Shown here: one piece after another, positions 20,809 through 30,192 of the stretch
How the letters are laid out: each line of letters begins with the position of its first letter
How positions within the stretch are numbered: position 1 is the stretch's first letter
Origin: an uncultured candidatus Porisulfidus sp.
Lineage (GTDB): Bacteria > Pseudomonadota > Gammaproteobacteria > Poriferisulfidales > Oxydemutatoraceae
Direction: 5' to 3'
NCBI GenBank assembly: GCA_965200865.1
Contig: CBDAVG010000002.1
Coordinates: 1,746,712-1,810,711 of the forward strand
DNA length: 64,000 nt
Program-made: the position numbers and the translations under genes
Notes under the pieces: model-generated
What the model saw: only the letters and a program-made list of their open reading frames with translations
What the model was told of the DNA's origin: nothing
The model's database searches: none

Positions 20809-23078
20809 TTCCGAGACGACGAGACCAATACTTGGCGTGAGCCGCTCGATTGTATGCTGGAAACTATCTTGGCACTTTCCATTTCTTCTATCATACGCGC
20901 CGCTCGGTTATAACCTATTTTGAGACGGCGTTGTAGATGAGAGATAGACGCTTTGCCCGATTCGGTTACGATTTCCACCGCTTGCTTATAGAGCGGGTCT
21001 TCGGTTTCGGTAGCATTGAAATTGGCCATCCCGTTGTCCGATGTGTCTGGGCTTTCTATATAAGATGGTTCTCCTTGCTGGCGTAGAAAGTCGGCAACCG
21101 CTTGCACTTCACCATCCGATATAAAAGCACCGTGTACGCGCATCGGCGTTGCGTAGCTCGGCATCAGACATAGCATATCGCCTTGTCCGAGCAGTTGCTC
21201 AGCACCGTTTTGATCCAATATGGTGCGCGAATCAACCTTTGAAGAGACTTGAAATGCAATTCTCGCCGGCACATTCGCTTTGACCAAACCAGTAATGATA
21301 TCCACCGAAGGTCTTTGTGTAGCCAGTACCAAGTGTATTCCTGCGGCGCGTGCTTTTTGAGCGAGTCGGATAATCAGTTCCTCTACTTTTTTGCCCACCA
21401 TCATAATCATGTCTGCGAATTCATCAATGATGATTACGATATACGGTATCTCATCGAGTGGTGGAGCTGTCGCAGATTCGTCTTCGCTCTCAAAGAGAGG
21501 ATCGGCAATCGGTTCCTTTCTTTTTTTAGCCTTAACAATTTTATTATTATACGATGTGATGTTGCGTACGTTGAGTGCTGCCATCAGACGGTAGCGCCGT
21601 TCCATTTCGGCAACTGCCCATCGTAAAGCACCGGCAGCTTCCTGCATATCAGTAATCAGAGGTAACAGTAAATGGGGAATATCTTCATACGATTTAAGTT
21701 CAAGCATTTTAGGGTCTACCAAAATCAAACGGACTTGCGAGGGCAGATTACGAAATAATAGGCTCGCCAACATAGAATGTACCGCAACTGATTTGCCTGA
21801 GCCAGTAGTGCCTGCAACCAACAGGTGAGGTAGTTTTTCTAAATCTATAAATATCGCCTGACCCGCAACATCCTTACCTAATGCGAGCGTTAACGGCGAG
21901 TGCTGTTTCTCGTATTCTTCGGATTGCAAGAGTTCACCGAATTTTACAACTGACCGCGTTCTATTCGGCATCTCTATGCCAATCGACGATTTCCCTGGGA
22001 TCACCTCCACCACTCGCACACTGGGGAGCAATAACGATCGTGCAAGGTCTTTTTGGAGGTTGCTGATACTACTCGCTTTAGTGCCGGGAGATGGCGTGAC
22101 TTCAAAACGGGTGACCACCGGGCCGGGTTGTGCTTCGGTTACCTGAGCTCCGATGCCAAAGTCTTCTAATTTAATTTCTAGTTGTCTAGCAAGTCTTTCC
22201 AGTTCGTCTTTAGAGTAACTTGAAACCGATTCTGTTTCTTGATCCAATAGACTCAACGGGGGTAATTCCTCTTTTCCTTCAATCGGCAATGCGATTTGTT
22301 GTTTTTTGGTAGTCTTGGTGCCGGGCGACAAGCTGTTGAGCATATTCCCTATTTTGGGAGGAGTTCTGTTGACGAGTTTTTTCTTACGCTTTGAGACTAC
22401 TCGGGTGCGTTCTACGGAACGCTCGTGAACCAATAGACGGCTTTGTATCCACTGCTTGGTATCTATCAGCCATTGTGCAGCCGAGAACAACGCCAAACCG
22501 ACTGCATCCGCTATCCTCAGCCATGCAATGTCTACCATCACCGTGATGCTAGCTACAATCAAACCCAGCAATAATAGGGTGGAACCTATCATGCCAAATA
22601 GTGGATAAAAACTTTGTATAACTAATTCACCCAAGCGACCGCCGCTACTAGTAGGAAGATCGGGTGTAACAAAATGTAAGGTTGCCAATCCGCAACAAGC
22701 GATTATTGCCAACGATGTCGCCAGCCAAATAATTAAATGCCTATTCCATATAGAACGCTGAATATAGTTAGGGTTGAACAAGCGGCGGGCACTCGTGAAA
22801 ATAGCCAGTGGCAATAGCACCAGCGACGGTGTTCCAAAAAGAAAATAAAAAGTATAGGCAACCCATGCGCCAACGAACCCTCCCAAGTTTTGCGTCTCGT
22901 CCATACTGATATTGTTTGCCCACGATGGGTCGTCTGCTTGATAACTCAACATAGAAAGCAAAAAATACAAGCCTATGAAGATAAGCAACCAACCGCTTCC
23001 TTTGCGCACATACATGGAGTCGTATCCCGAAATTTTTGCGGTGGATCTTGATTTCTTGGTAGATGCTCGGTATTTCAC
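20805..23078 (-). CDS. ftsK: DNA translocase FtsK
   Basis: N-terminal transmembrane helices, a linker, a motor domain with Walker A GTTGSGKS, and the C-terminal gamma winged helix; 757 aa. Confidence 0.93.
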   Translation of the reverse strand: MKYRASTKKSRSTAKISGYDSMYVRKGSGWLLIFIGLYFLLSMLSYQADDPSWANNISMDETQNLGGFVGAWVAYTFYFLFGTPSLVLLPLAIFTSARRLFNPNYIQRSIWNRHLIIWLATSLAIIACCGLATLHFVTPDLPTSSGGRLGELVIQSFYPLFGMIGSTLLLLGLIVASITVMVDIAWLRIADAVGLALFSAAQWLIDTKQWIQSRLLVHERSVERTRVVSKRKKKLVNRTPPKIGNMLNSLSPGTKTTKKQQIALPIEGKEELPPLSLLDQETESVSSYSKDELERLARQLEIKLEDFGIGAQVTEAQPGPVVTRFEVTPSPGTKASSISNLQKDLARSLLLPSVRVVEVIPGKSSIGIEMPNRTRSVVKFGELLQSEEYEKQHSPLTLALGKDVAGQAIFIDLEKLPHLLVAGTTGSGKSVAVHSMLASLLFRNLPSQVRLILVDPKMLELKSYEDIPHLLLPLITDMQEAAGALRWAVAEMERRYRLMAALNVRNITSYNNKIVKAKKRKEPIADPLFESEDESATAPPLDEIPYIVIIIDEFADMIMMVGKKVEELIIRLAQKARAAGIHLVLATQRPSVDIITGLVKANVPARIAFQVSSKVDSRTILDQNGAEQLLGQGDMLCLMPSYATPMRVHGAFISDGEVQAVADFLRQQGEPSYIESPDTSDNGMANFNATETEDPLYKQAVEIVTESGKASISHLQRRLKIGYNRAARMIEEMESAKIVSSIQSSGSRQVLVSSSRK

Positions 23079-23105
23079 ATATTCCTCTTTGAACGATATA
23101 GACTT

Positions 23106-24125
23106 TTAGTATAAATCAATAAACCCCGCCGTTTCATCTATGCCGAGCATCAAATTCATATTCTGCACCGCCTGACCGGCAGCACCTTTGATTAGATTGT
23201 CAATCACCGAAAATACGACTGCGACATCACCATATTGCGGTTTATGCACCGCAAGCAGACAGAGATTGGTGTTGCTCACATCGCGAGTTTGCGGATGGCT
23301 ATTAGGCGGCATGACCTGCACGAAAGGTTCATCTGCATAAGCCTGCTCTAAACAGTGCTGAAGTTCCGATTGCTCGGCAGTCGTTTTGATATACAGGCTA
23401 GATTGCAGACCGCGAAAAATCGGTAACAAGTGGGGTGTAAAACTAAATCCTACTTCGGCACCGGCGATGCGACATAATTGTTGCTTGATTTCTGGCCAAT
23501 GCCTGTGGGCAGAGGCTTTGTAGGCTCTAAAGTTTTCGCTACACTCTCCGAATAGCAATTCCACATTCGCTTGACGACCTGCACCGCTTACACCAGATTT
23601 TGAGTCAGCTATCAAACATGAAATATCAGCATAGCCCGATTCTATCAATGGTTTTAAGCCGAGTATCACCGAAGTCGGATAGCAGCCCGGGTTAGCCACC
23701 AAAGTCGCATCGGCAATAGGGTCGCGATTCATTTCGCTTAGACCGTAGACTGCTTTCTCAAGTAAATGTGGGCAGGCATGATCCTCTGCGTACCAATGCT
23801 TCCATTCGTTTGCATCGCTCAATCTGAAATCCGCTGCCAAATCTATGATACGTATTCCCGAGTCAAGCAACGCTTCGGCTTGTTTCATTGCTGTCCCATT
23901 GGGTGTTGCAAAAAACACTAAATCCGCACCAAGGGCAGGATCAAAACTTTGTGTATAACATAAATCAGTATGCCCTCTCATTTTAGGAAACACTTCGGCT
24001 ATGGCGTGCCCGGCCTTGCTGCGAGACACGGCTTGAGCGAGTTTAATACGCGGATGACGCACCAAAAGACGCATTAATTCGTACCCCGTGTAGCCGGTAC
24101 CGCCTATGATCGCTACGGAATGCAT
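23106..24125 (-). CDS. argC: N-acetyl-gamma-glutamyl-phosphate reductase
   Basis: IIGGTGYTGYEL Rossmann N-terminus and a PGCYPTS active-site Cys region. Confidence 0.92.
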   Translation of the reverse strand: MHSVAIIGGTGYTGYELMRLLVRHPRIKLAQAVSRSKAGHAIAEVFPKMRGHTDLCYTQSFDPALGADLVFFATPNGTAMKQAEALLDSGIRIIDLAADFRLSDANEWKHWYAEDHACPHLLEKAVYGLSEMNRDPIADATLVANPGCYPTSVILGLKPLIESGYADISCLIADSKSGVSGAGRQANVELLFGECSENFRAYKASAHRHWPEIKQQLCRIAGAEVGFSFTPHLLPIFRGLQSSLYIKTTAEQSELQHCLEQAYADEPFVQVMPPNSHPQTRDVSNTNLCLLAVHKPQYGDVAVVFSVIDNLIKGAAGQAVQNMNLMLGIDETAGFIDLY

Positions 24126-24184
24126 TGTTTAACTTCGCTGATTAATGTTATATGATGCCGTATTTTATCACCAATGATGAAATG

Positions 24185-24360
24185 TGGGGCTGTTGAAAAA
24201 GTATCGTCATCGCATGAACCCAACCGCTTGCGCCATTAAATTTAAGAAAATGGTAGGGGCAGAATAAAGCCGCCGATTGAACCAGTAGGTCAATCGGCAT
24301 TTCAATTATCCGCCCCTACGGTGTATGGAATACTTTGTCAACAGCCCCACATTTCAATTT
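24185..24360. repeat. REP-like repeat cluster 6
   Basis: ggggctgttgaaaaagtatcgtcat, gccgattgaaccagtaggtcaatcggc and ccgcccctacggtgtatggaatactttgtcaacagcccc. Confidence 0.8.
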
Positions 24361-24390
24361 TGGGTTGACATTATGGTATTCAAGAATGTC

Positions 24391-25215
24391 TCAAACTAAC
24401 TTGATTTTGCGCTGTGGAAGAAGAGTGTGATTAGAATCGGGTCTTCTTTCCCACTCCGATTTTTGGGTAGGCCAATAATCATGTAAAGCAAATAGTAGTC
24501 GTGCTTTTGCTTTGGAAAGATATCCTGGTTCTGAAATTTTCTGGCTTAACCTTTCCTTATACAGCGGGTAGTATTTTTGGATAAGTTCATTATCGTTGAT
24601 AATTCGGGAACAATACATGTCAATTAGTGCTCTTGTTACTGGGTATTGGGAATAAACTTTGAAGACATCTTGGCCAAGAGGTCGACATCCGCGGTGACTC
24701 TTCTGATATTTATAGGTGTTTAGCAAGCCGCGACAGCCTATTTTCTTCTCCAAAGTTTTAATATCCTCATCTCTATTTTCATATTTAATAATAAAATCAA
24801 TCACGCATCGTCGATCAATGCAGAGGTTTGAAAAATTTTCCTCTATGTGTCTAATCCCTACTTCCAAAAAGTATTTATTAAAATTCTTCTCGTAAAATCT
24901 ACGTTTACACGTAGGGTGATTATGATGATAAAAGTATAAAGAAATAATGGTATCGTAAATATCTCGGACAAAGGATACTTTAAGGTAATCATCCCAAATA
25001 TTTTTTGGTATCCTTTGCTTTATTTCAGAAGCACTTATGTGGTCGTCTACAAAATCATAACCGTTATAGTGAACCACAAACTCAGATTTCTGACCCCGCC
25101 TTTTAGCAACCACATCATCTTTATCACAATAGCTTTTTAGTGCAATTTTAAATGATCTACCGCTAGTCTTGTATGGTTGTATGAATATGACTTGCAATTT
25201 ATGCGAAATTATCAT
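24391..25215 (-). CDS. sulfotransferase-family protein (Sulfotransfer_2-like), AT-rich accessory gene
   Basis: A 5'-PSB-like IQPYKTSGRS and a 3'-PB-like VRDIYDTIISLYFY motif. Its GC content is markedly lower than the neighbouring genes. Confidence 0.45.
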   Translation of the reverse strand: MIISHKLQVIFIQPYKTSGRSFKIALKSYCDKDDVVAKRRGQKSEFVVHYNGYDFVDDHISASEIKQRIPKNIWDDYLKVSFVRDIYDTIISLYFYHHNHPTCKRRFYEKNFNKYFLEVGIRHIEENFSNLCIDRRCVIDFIIKYENRDEDIKTLEKKIGCRGLLNTYKYQKSHRGCRPLGQDVFKVYSQYPVTRALIDMYCSRIINDNELIQKYYPLYKERLSQKISEPGYLSKAKARLLFALHDYWPTQKSEWERRPDSNHTLLPQRKIKLV

Positions 25216-25344
25216 AGAAATTAATTTTCCTGAAGTACTTTTAATAAGTGGTTACTATACCTTATGAGAATGTTGAAAGAGTATTATACTCGTACCATCT
25301 CAATTACTCTGTGCCATCTGTATGGTTGCCATAAATCAAATGGA

Positions 25345-25640
25345 TGAATGGGACTGTTGAAAAAGTATCGTCATCGCATGAACCCAACCGCTTGCGCCAT
25401 TGAATTTAAGAAAATGGTAGGGGCAGAATAAAGCCGCCGATTGAGACAGTAGTTCAATCGGCAATTTTAATATCCGCCCTACGGTACCGTCCTGCAAAAC
25501 CGTAACCGCTTTGCGCCACAAGATTATGGTTTGCATAAATTTGATGGATGAATGTATAAATCGTGCAAGTACGTCGCGTTAGGGTGGATATATAAATCCG
25601 CCCCTACGGTGTATGGAATACTTTGTCAACAGCCCCGAAT
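25345..25640. repeat. REP-like repeat cluster 7
   Basis: Same unit types as clusters 4 and 6, including gggcggatatataaatccgcccctacggtg. Confidence 0.8.
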
Positions 25641-25641
25641 G

Positions 25642-28350
25642 TTAGTGTGCTTCGTCCCAATTCTTGCCGATACTTGCGTTGACTTTTAGCGGCACTGATA
25701 GTCCCATCGCCGACTCCATCAATTCACAACATTTGTTCATCACATCTTCGGCATGCGGCACTGCCACTTCTATGATGAGCTCGTCGTGCACTTGCATAAT
25801 CATCATCGCATCATTTGGGTTATCCTTGAATTGCTCGGCGATTCGTATCATCGCTAGTTTGATGATATCGGCAGCCGAACCTTGCATCGGCGCGTTGATT
25901 GCGGTGCGCTCGGCGTAGCGTCTACGGCGAGAATCTTTGGCTTTGATTTCCGGCAAATACAACCGCCGACCGATGATGGTTTCCACATATCCTTGTTTGC
26001 GTGCTTGCTCTCGCGTGTCGTCCATATACGCTCGCACATCGGCAAACCGTTCAAAATAAGTTTTCACATAATCCGCCGCCTCTCTATTCTCTATGTTGAG
26101 TTGTTTGGCAAGACCGAATGCCGACATTCCGTAAATCAGTCCGAAGTTGATAGCTTTGGCAATGCGTCGTTGATCGTCATCAACTGCCTCTGGTTTGCAA
26201 CTGAAGACCTCGGCTGCGGTTGCACGGTGCATATCCATACCTTTTTGGAATACATTCAATAGACCCGGGTCTTGAGACACATGCGCCATAATACGCATTT
26301 CTATCTGCGAATAGTCTGCGGCGATCAAGCAATAACCTTCGCTGGCAATAAAGGCTTGGCGTATGCGCCGTCCTTCGGCAGTTCTGATAGGAATGTTTTG
26401 CAAGTTTGGGTCGGACGAAGATAAGCGTCCAGTTGAGGTAACCGCTTGGTGATAAGAAGTATGTACCCGTCCGGTTTCGGCATTGATCAACTGCGGCAGT
26501 TTGTCGGTATAGGTTGATTTTAGTTTACTGAGCGAGCGGTGATGCAAGATCAATCTTGGGAGTTCATGGTTGTGAGCAAGTTCTTGTAGCACGTCTTCGG
26601 AAGTAGAGGCTTGACCTTTGGGAGTTTTGCTAATTACCGGCAGTTCGGCTTCGTCAAACAGCACGGTTTGTATTTGTTTGGGTGAGGCGATATTAAAGTC
26701 GTGTCCTGCCAGCTGGTAAATTTGTTGTTCGGTTTGAGAAATTGCTTCTTGTAATTCATGGCTGTGTTCGGATAAGCGGTCAGCATCAATCAACACGCCG
26801 GTGCGTTCCATCTCAGCAATAACCGGCAACAACGGCATCTCTATTTCTTCATAGACTTTGAGCAACGGTGGAGTTTTTTTCAATCGCGGATGAAAATATT
26901 CATGCAGTTGTAAGCTGAAATCGGCATCGGCTGCAGCGTATTCGGCAGCGGTTCTCACCGCAATCTGTGCAAAAGGTCTTTGCTTTACACCTTTGCCGGT
27001 AATATCCTCGTATGTTTGCATCCGAACATTCAGGTATTTGTATGTAAGCTCTTTTAGGTTATGCCTACTTGCAACCGAATTATAGGCATACGACTCCAGC
27101 ATAGAGTCGTGTCTGATACCTTGCAGGCGAATGTCGTAGTTGAGCAGTACTTCCATATCGTATTTAAGGTTATGTCCTAACTTGCCGATTTTTTGATCCT
27201 CTAATAACGGACCCAGTTTCTTTAAGACCGCATCCAAAGACAACTGCTTAGGCGCACCAAAATAATCATGTGCCACAGGTAGATATGCGGCCTCGCCAGC
27301 AGCAACTGCAAAAGATAATCCGACAATTTGCGCCTGCATATAGTCCAGACTCGTCGTTTCTATGTCCAGCGCAAAGCAGTCTACCGACTTTAGTTTTTCC
27401 AGCCAACGATCCAATGTTTTTTGCGTCAGGATTAGTTGATATCTAGGTTGATATTTGGGATGTTCGGTCGCTGTGCTTGGCTCGGCAACCGTGTCGGCAG
27501 CTGCTTCGGATTCTTCTTTGAGCCATTGGGTAAACCCGTATTCACGGTAGAAAGCGATTAGCCGTTCGTGTGAGGGGGCAGTAATCTTTAGCTGATCAAT
27601 CGTGTGGTCTAGAGTTATATCGCAGCGTATGGTCACCAAATCTTTATAGAGAGGTAGTTTAGGTAGCGCATCTTGCAATGCTTTACCGCCTTTGCCAGTG
27701 ATGGAGTCTGCATGTGCGATAATTTCGTCTAGGTTTTGATATTCGCAAAGCCACTTCGCTGCGGTTTTGGGTCCCACACCGACAACTCCGGGGATATTGT
27801 CGGAACTGTCTCCTGCCAAAGCTAGATAATCGATCATCTGCTCTGGTAGCACACCGAATTTTTTTTGTATCGCAGCGGAGTCTATATGCTGATTTTTCAT
27901 CGTATCAACTAAGGTGATACGCTCGGAGATCAATTGCGCCATATCTTTATCACCAGTAGAAATCAACACATCCCAACCTGCCGCCTCGGCGCGGCGAGCT
28001 AGCGTGCCGATGACATCGTCCGCCTCTACACCAGGCACTTCCAATAACGGGTAACCCTGCTCTTTGATAAGGTGTTTCAGAGTATCCGATTGGGCAATCA
28101 AATCCTCCGGTGTCGGTGGTCTTTGTGCTTTATACGGAGGATATAGCTCGTGTCTGAAGGTTTTGCCGTGCGCATCAAGCACAACCGCAAAATAATCGGG
28201 TGTCTCTTGCCTAATCAGTGCCTTTAACATTTTCCCTACGCCGAAGACTGCCCCGGTCGGTTGTCCTGCAGGTCCGGTTAAAGGTGGCAGCGCGTGGTAC
28301 GCGCGATATAGATACGCGGTGCCGTCCACCAGTACTAGTTTTGTTGCCAT
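25642..28350 (-). CDS. polA: DNA polymerase I
   Basis: 5'-3' exonuclease, 3'-5' exonuclease and polymerase domains. The start is placed at MATKLVLVDGTAYLYRAYHA, because the upstream 16 codons of the listed ORF read into a REP element. Confidence 0.95.
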   Translation of the reverse strand: MATKLVLVDGTAYLYRAYHALPPLTGPAGQPTGAVFGVGKMLKALIRQETPDYFAVVLDAHGKTFRHELYPPYKAQRPPTPEDLIAQSDTLKHLIKEQGYPLLEVPGVEADDVIGTLARRAEAAGWDVLISTGDKDMAQLISERITLVDTMKNQHIDSAAIQKKFGVLPEQMIDYLALAGDSSDNIPGVVGVGPKTAAKWLCEYQNLDEIIAHADSITGKGGKALQDALPKLPLYKDLVTIRCDITLDHTIDQLKITAPSHERLIAFYREYGFTQWLKEESEAAADTVAEPSTATEHPKYQPRYQLILTQKTLDRWLEKLKSVDCFALDIETTSLDYMQAQIVGLSFAVAAGEAAYLPVAHDYFGAPKQLSLDAVLKKLGPLLEDQKIGKLGHNLKYDMEVLLNYDIRLQGIRHDSMLESYAYNSVASRHNLKELTYKYLNVRMQTYEDITGKGVKQRPFAQIAVRTAAEYAAADADFSLQLHEYFHPRLKKTPPLLKVYEEIEMPLLPVIAEMERTGVLIDADRLSEHSHELQEAISQTEQQIYQLAGHDFNIASPKQIQTVLFDEAELPVISKTPKGQASTSEDVLQELAHNHELPRLILHHRSLSKLKSTYTDKLPQLINAETGRVHTSYHQAVTSTGRLSSSDPNLQNIPIRTAEGRRIRQAFIASEGYCLIAADYSQIEMRIMAHVSQDPGLLNVFQKGMDMHRATAAEVFSCKPEAVDDDQRRIAKAINFGLIYGMSAFGLAKQLNIENREAADYVKTYFERFADVRAYMDDTREQARKQGYVETIIGRRLYLPEIKAKDSRRRRYAERTAINAPMQGSAADIIKLAMIRIAEQFKDNPNDAMMIMQVHDELIIEVAVPHAEDVMNKCCELMESAMGLSVPLKVNASIGKNWDEAH

Positions 28351-28364
28351 GTCATTATTTAGAG

Positions 28365-28730
28365 CTATTAAAAAAGTATTGTCATTGTAAAAACTCAACC
28401 GCTTGCATCACCAAATTAACGATAACCACCTGTAGGGGAGGGCTAACATGGGACTGTTGAAAAAGTATTTCATGCACCGTAGGGGCGGATTTATATATCC
28501 GCCCTAACCCAACGTACTTGCACGATTTATACATTCATTTCGTTTATGGAAACCAAAACCAAATGGCGCAAAGCGATTGGGTTTGTGCGAGACGGTACCG
28601 TAGGGCGGATATGCAAATCCGCCCCTACCGTTTGCATAAATTCAATGGCGCAAGCGGTTGGGTTCATGCAATGTCGGTACTTCTTCAACAGTCCCATATG
28701 CCCTCCCCAATAGAGTACCGTTCTGCACAA
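28365..28730. repeat. REP-like repeat cluster 8
   Basis: ctgtaggggagggctaacatgggactgttgaaaaagtat and tagggcggatatgcaaatccgcccctaccg, among others. Confidence 0.8.
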
Positions 28731-28755
28731 GTAAAATATTTATTCATCCAATTAT

Positions 28756-28830
<75 letters not shown>

Positions 28831-28875
28831 GTATCTTTATAGTTGCCGAGTATTTAACATCATCGTCCAAGACGA

Positions 28876-29148
28876 CTATTCGTTCGGGTCAACAAACTCC
28901 TTAGGTTTTTCCGAACCTTCGCCGAACAGAAATTTTTCCATCTCGTCCTCTAGGAATTTGCGCGCTTTAGGTTCCACTGGGGTAAGGCGATACTCGTTGA
29001 TCAACATCGTTTGATGGTTGACCCATTGCTGCCATACTTGCGCGCTTATATTGTCATAAATGCGTTGCCCCAGTTCACCCGGATAAGGTACATAATCCAA
29101 GCCTTCGGCTTCTTTCCCAAGTTTCAAACATTGAACTTTGCGAGTCAT
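28876..29148 (-). CDS. yggX: Fe(2+)-trafficking / oxidative damage protection protein YggX
   Basis: Aligns with E. coli YggX ([23 protein letters not shown]...QTMLINE) and sits immediately downstream of mutY as in E. coli. Confidence 0.85.
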   Translation of the reverse strand: MTRKVQCLKLGKEAEGLDYVPYPGELGQRIYDNISAQVWQQWVNHQTMLINEYRLTPVEPKARKFLEDEMEKFLFGEGSEKPKEFVDPNE

Positions 29149-29151
29149 CGT

Positions 29152-30192
29152 CTATCTGTTAATTTTTTGCAGTTGTGTTATCAGTTTCTTAACGGGTGCA
29201 GGCACACCGTTGATTGAGGATAAAAGTTTACACCAAACAAGATGATTTTCCTCGCTTATTTGCGAATGAATTTTAGAAAGCCTTGCTTCTAAAGGTGTTA
29301 TGATCAATGAGAAATGGGTAAATTGATGTTTGAAAGACGGCAGGCATCGTGTACTCCGAATATGCCCGAGTCGTCTTTGGCACCACGCTTTGGCTTCCTT
29401 CTCACCACGCATTTCCGGGAAACTCAATAATCCACCCCATATCCCTGACATTGGTCTGCGCTCCAGCAAAACACGGTCTTTGTATATTGCCATTAGCATG
29501 AATACATGGCGGTGTGGTTTTATCTTTGTTGGTGGTGGTTGAGGGCGTTCGGCTATACGCCCGGCTTTTCTGGCAAGACAATCTGCAGAGATTGGGCAAA
29601 GTATGCATTGGGGTTGTGCTTTTGTGCATATCATTGCACCTAAATCCATTAGTGCTTGAGTATATTGTGCTACATTTTGTTTCGGCAAGTATTTTTCCGC
29701 CTGCTCCCACAGAGCACGGTTCACCGATGCCTCTCCCGGCCAGCCGGCGATATCGGCATGGCGGGCAAGCACGCGTTTAACATTGCCGTCCAGAATAGGA
29801 TGCCTTTGATTATAACTAAGCGCGAGAATTGCACCTGCGGTAGAACGTCCGATACCGGGCAATGTCATCAAAGTTTTTTTATCTTTAGGAAAACGACCAC
29901 CGTGCTGTTTTCTTATCAGGCGCGCCGTGCGGTGTAAATTTCTAGCACGCGCATAGTAGCCCAACCCCGCCCAGTGTTCGATTACTTCCGACAAAGGTGC
30001 ATCGGCTAGCGATTTAAGACTTGGGAAACGATTGATGAAGCGACGATAATACGGTATGACCGTTTGTACCTGTGTTTGTTGGAGCATGATTTCGGAGGCC
30101 CATACCCGATAAGCCGACACATTGCGCTGCCAGGGCAAATCAGTTCGTCCGGCGTGTGCATACCATTTCAATAACCGGTCTGAGATGGCCAC
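29152..30192 (-). CDS. mutY: A/G-specific adenine DNA glycosylase
   Basis: HhH-GPD domain with a 4Fe-4S Cys cluster (CxxxxxxCxxCxxxxxC) and a C-terminal NUDIX-like domain. Confidence 0.92.
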   Translation of the reverse strand: MAISDRLLKWYAHAGRTDLPWQRNVSAYRVWASEIMLQQTQVQTVIPYYRRFINRFPSLKSLADAPLSEVIEHWAGLGYYARARNLHRTARLIRKQHGGRFPKDKKTLMTLPGIGRSTAGAILALSYNQRHPILDGNVKRVLARHADIAGWPGEASVNRALWEQAEKYLPKQNVAQYTQALMDLGAMICTKAQPQCILCPISADCLARKAGRIAERPQPPPTKIKPHRHVFMLMAIYKDRVLLERRPMSGIWGGLLSFPEMRGEKEAKAWCQRRLGHIRSTRCLPSFKHQFTHFSLIITPLEARLSKIHSQISEENHLVWCKLLSSINGVPAPVKKLITQLQKINR

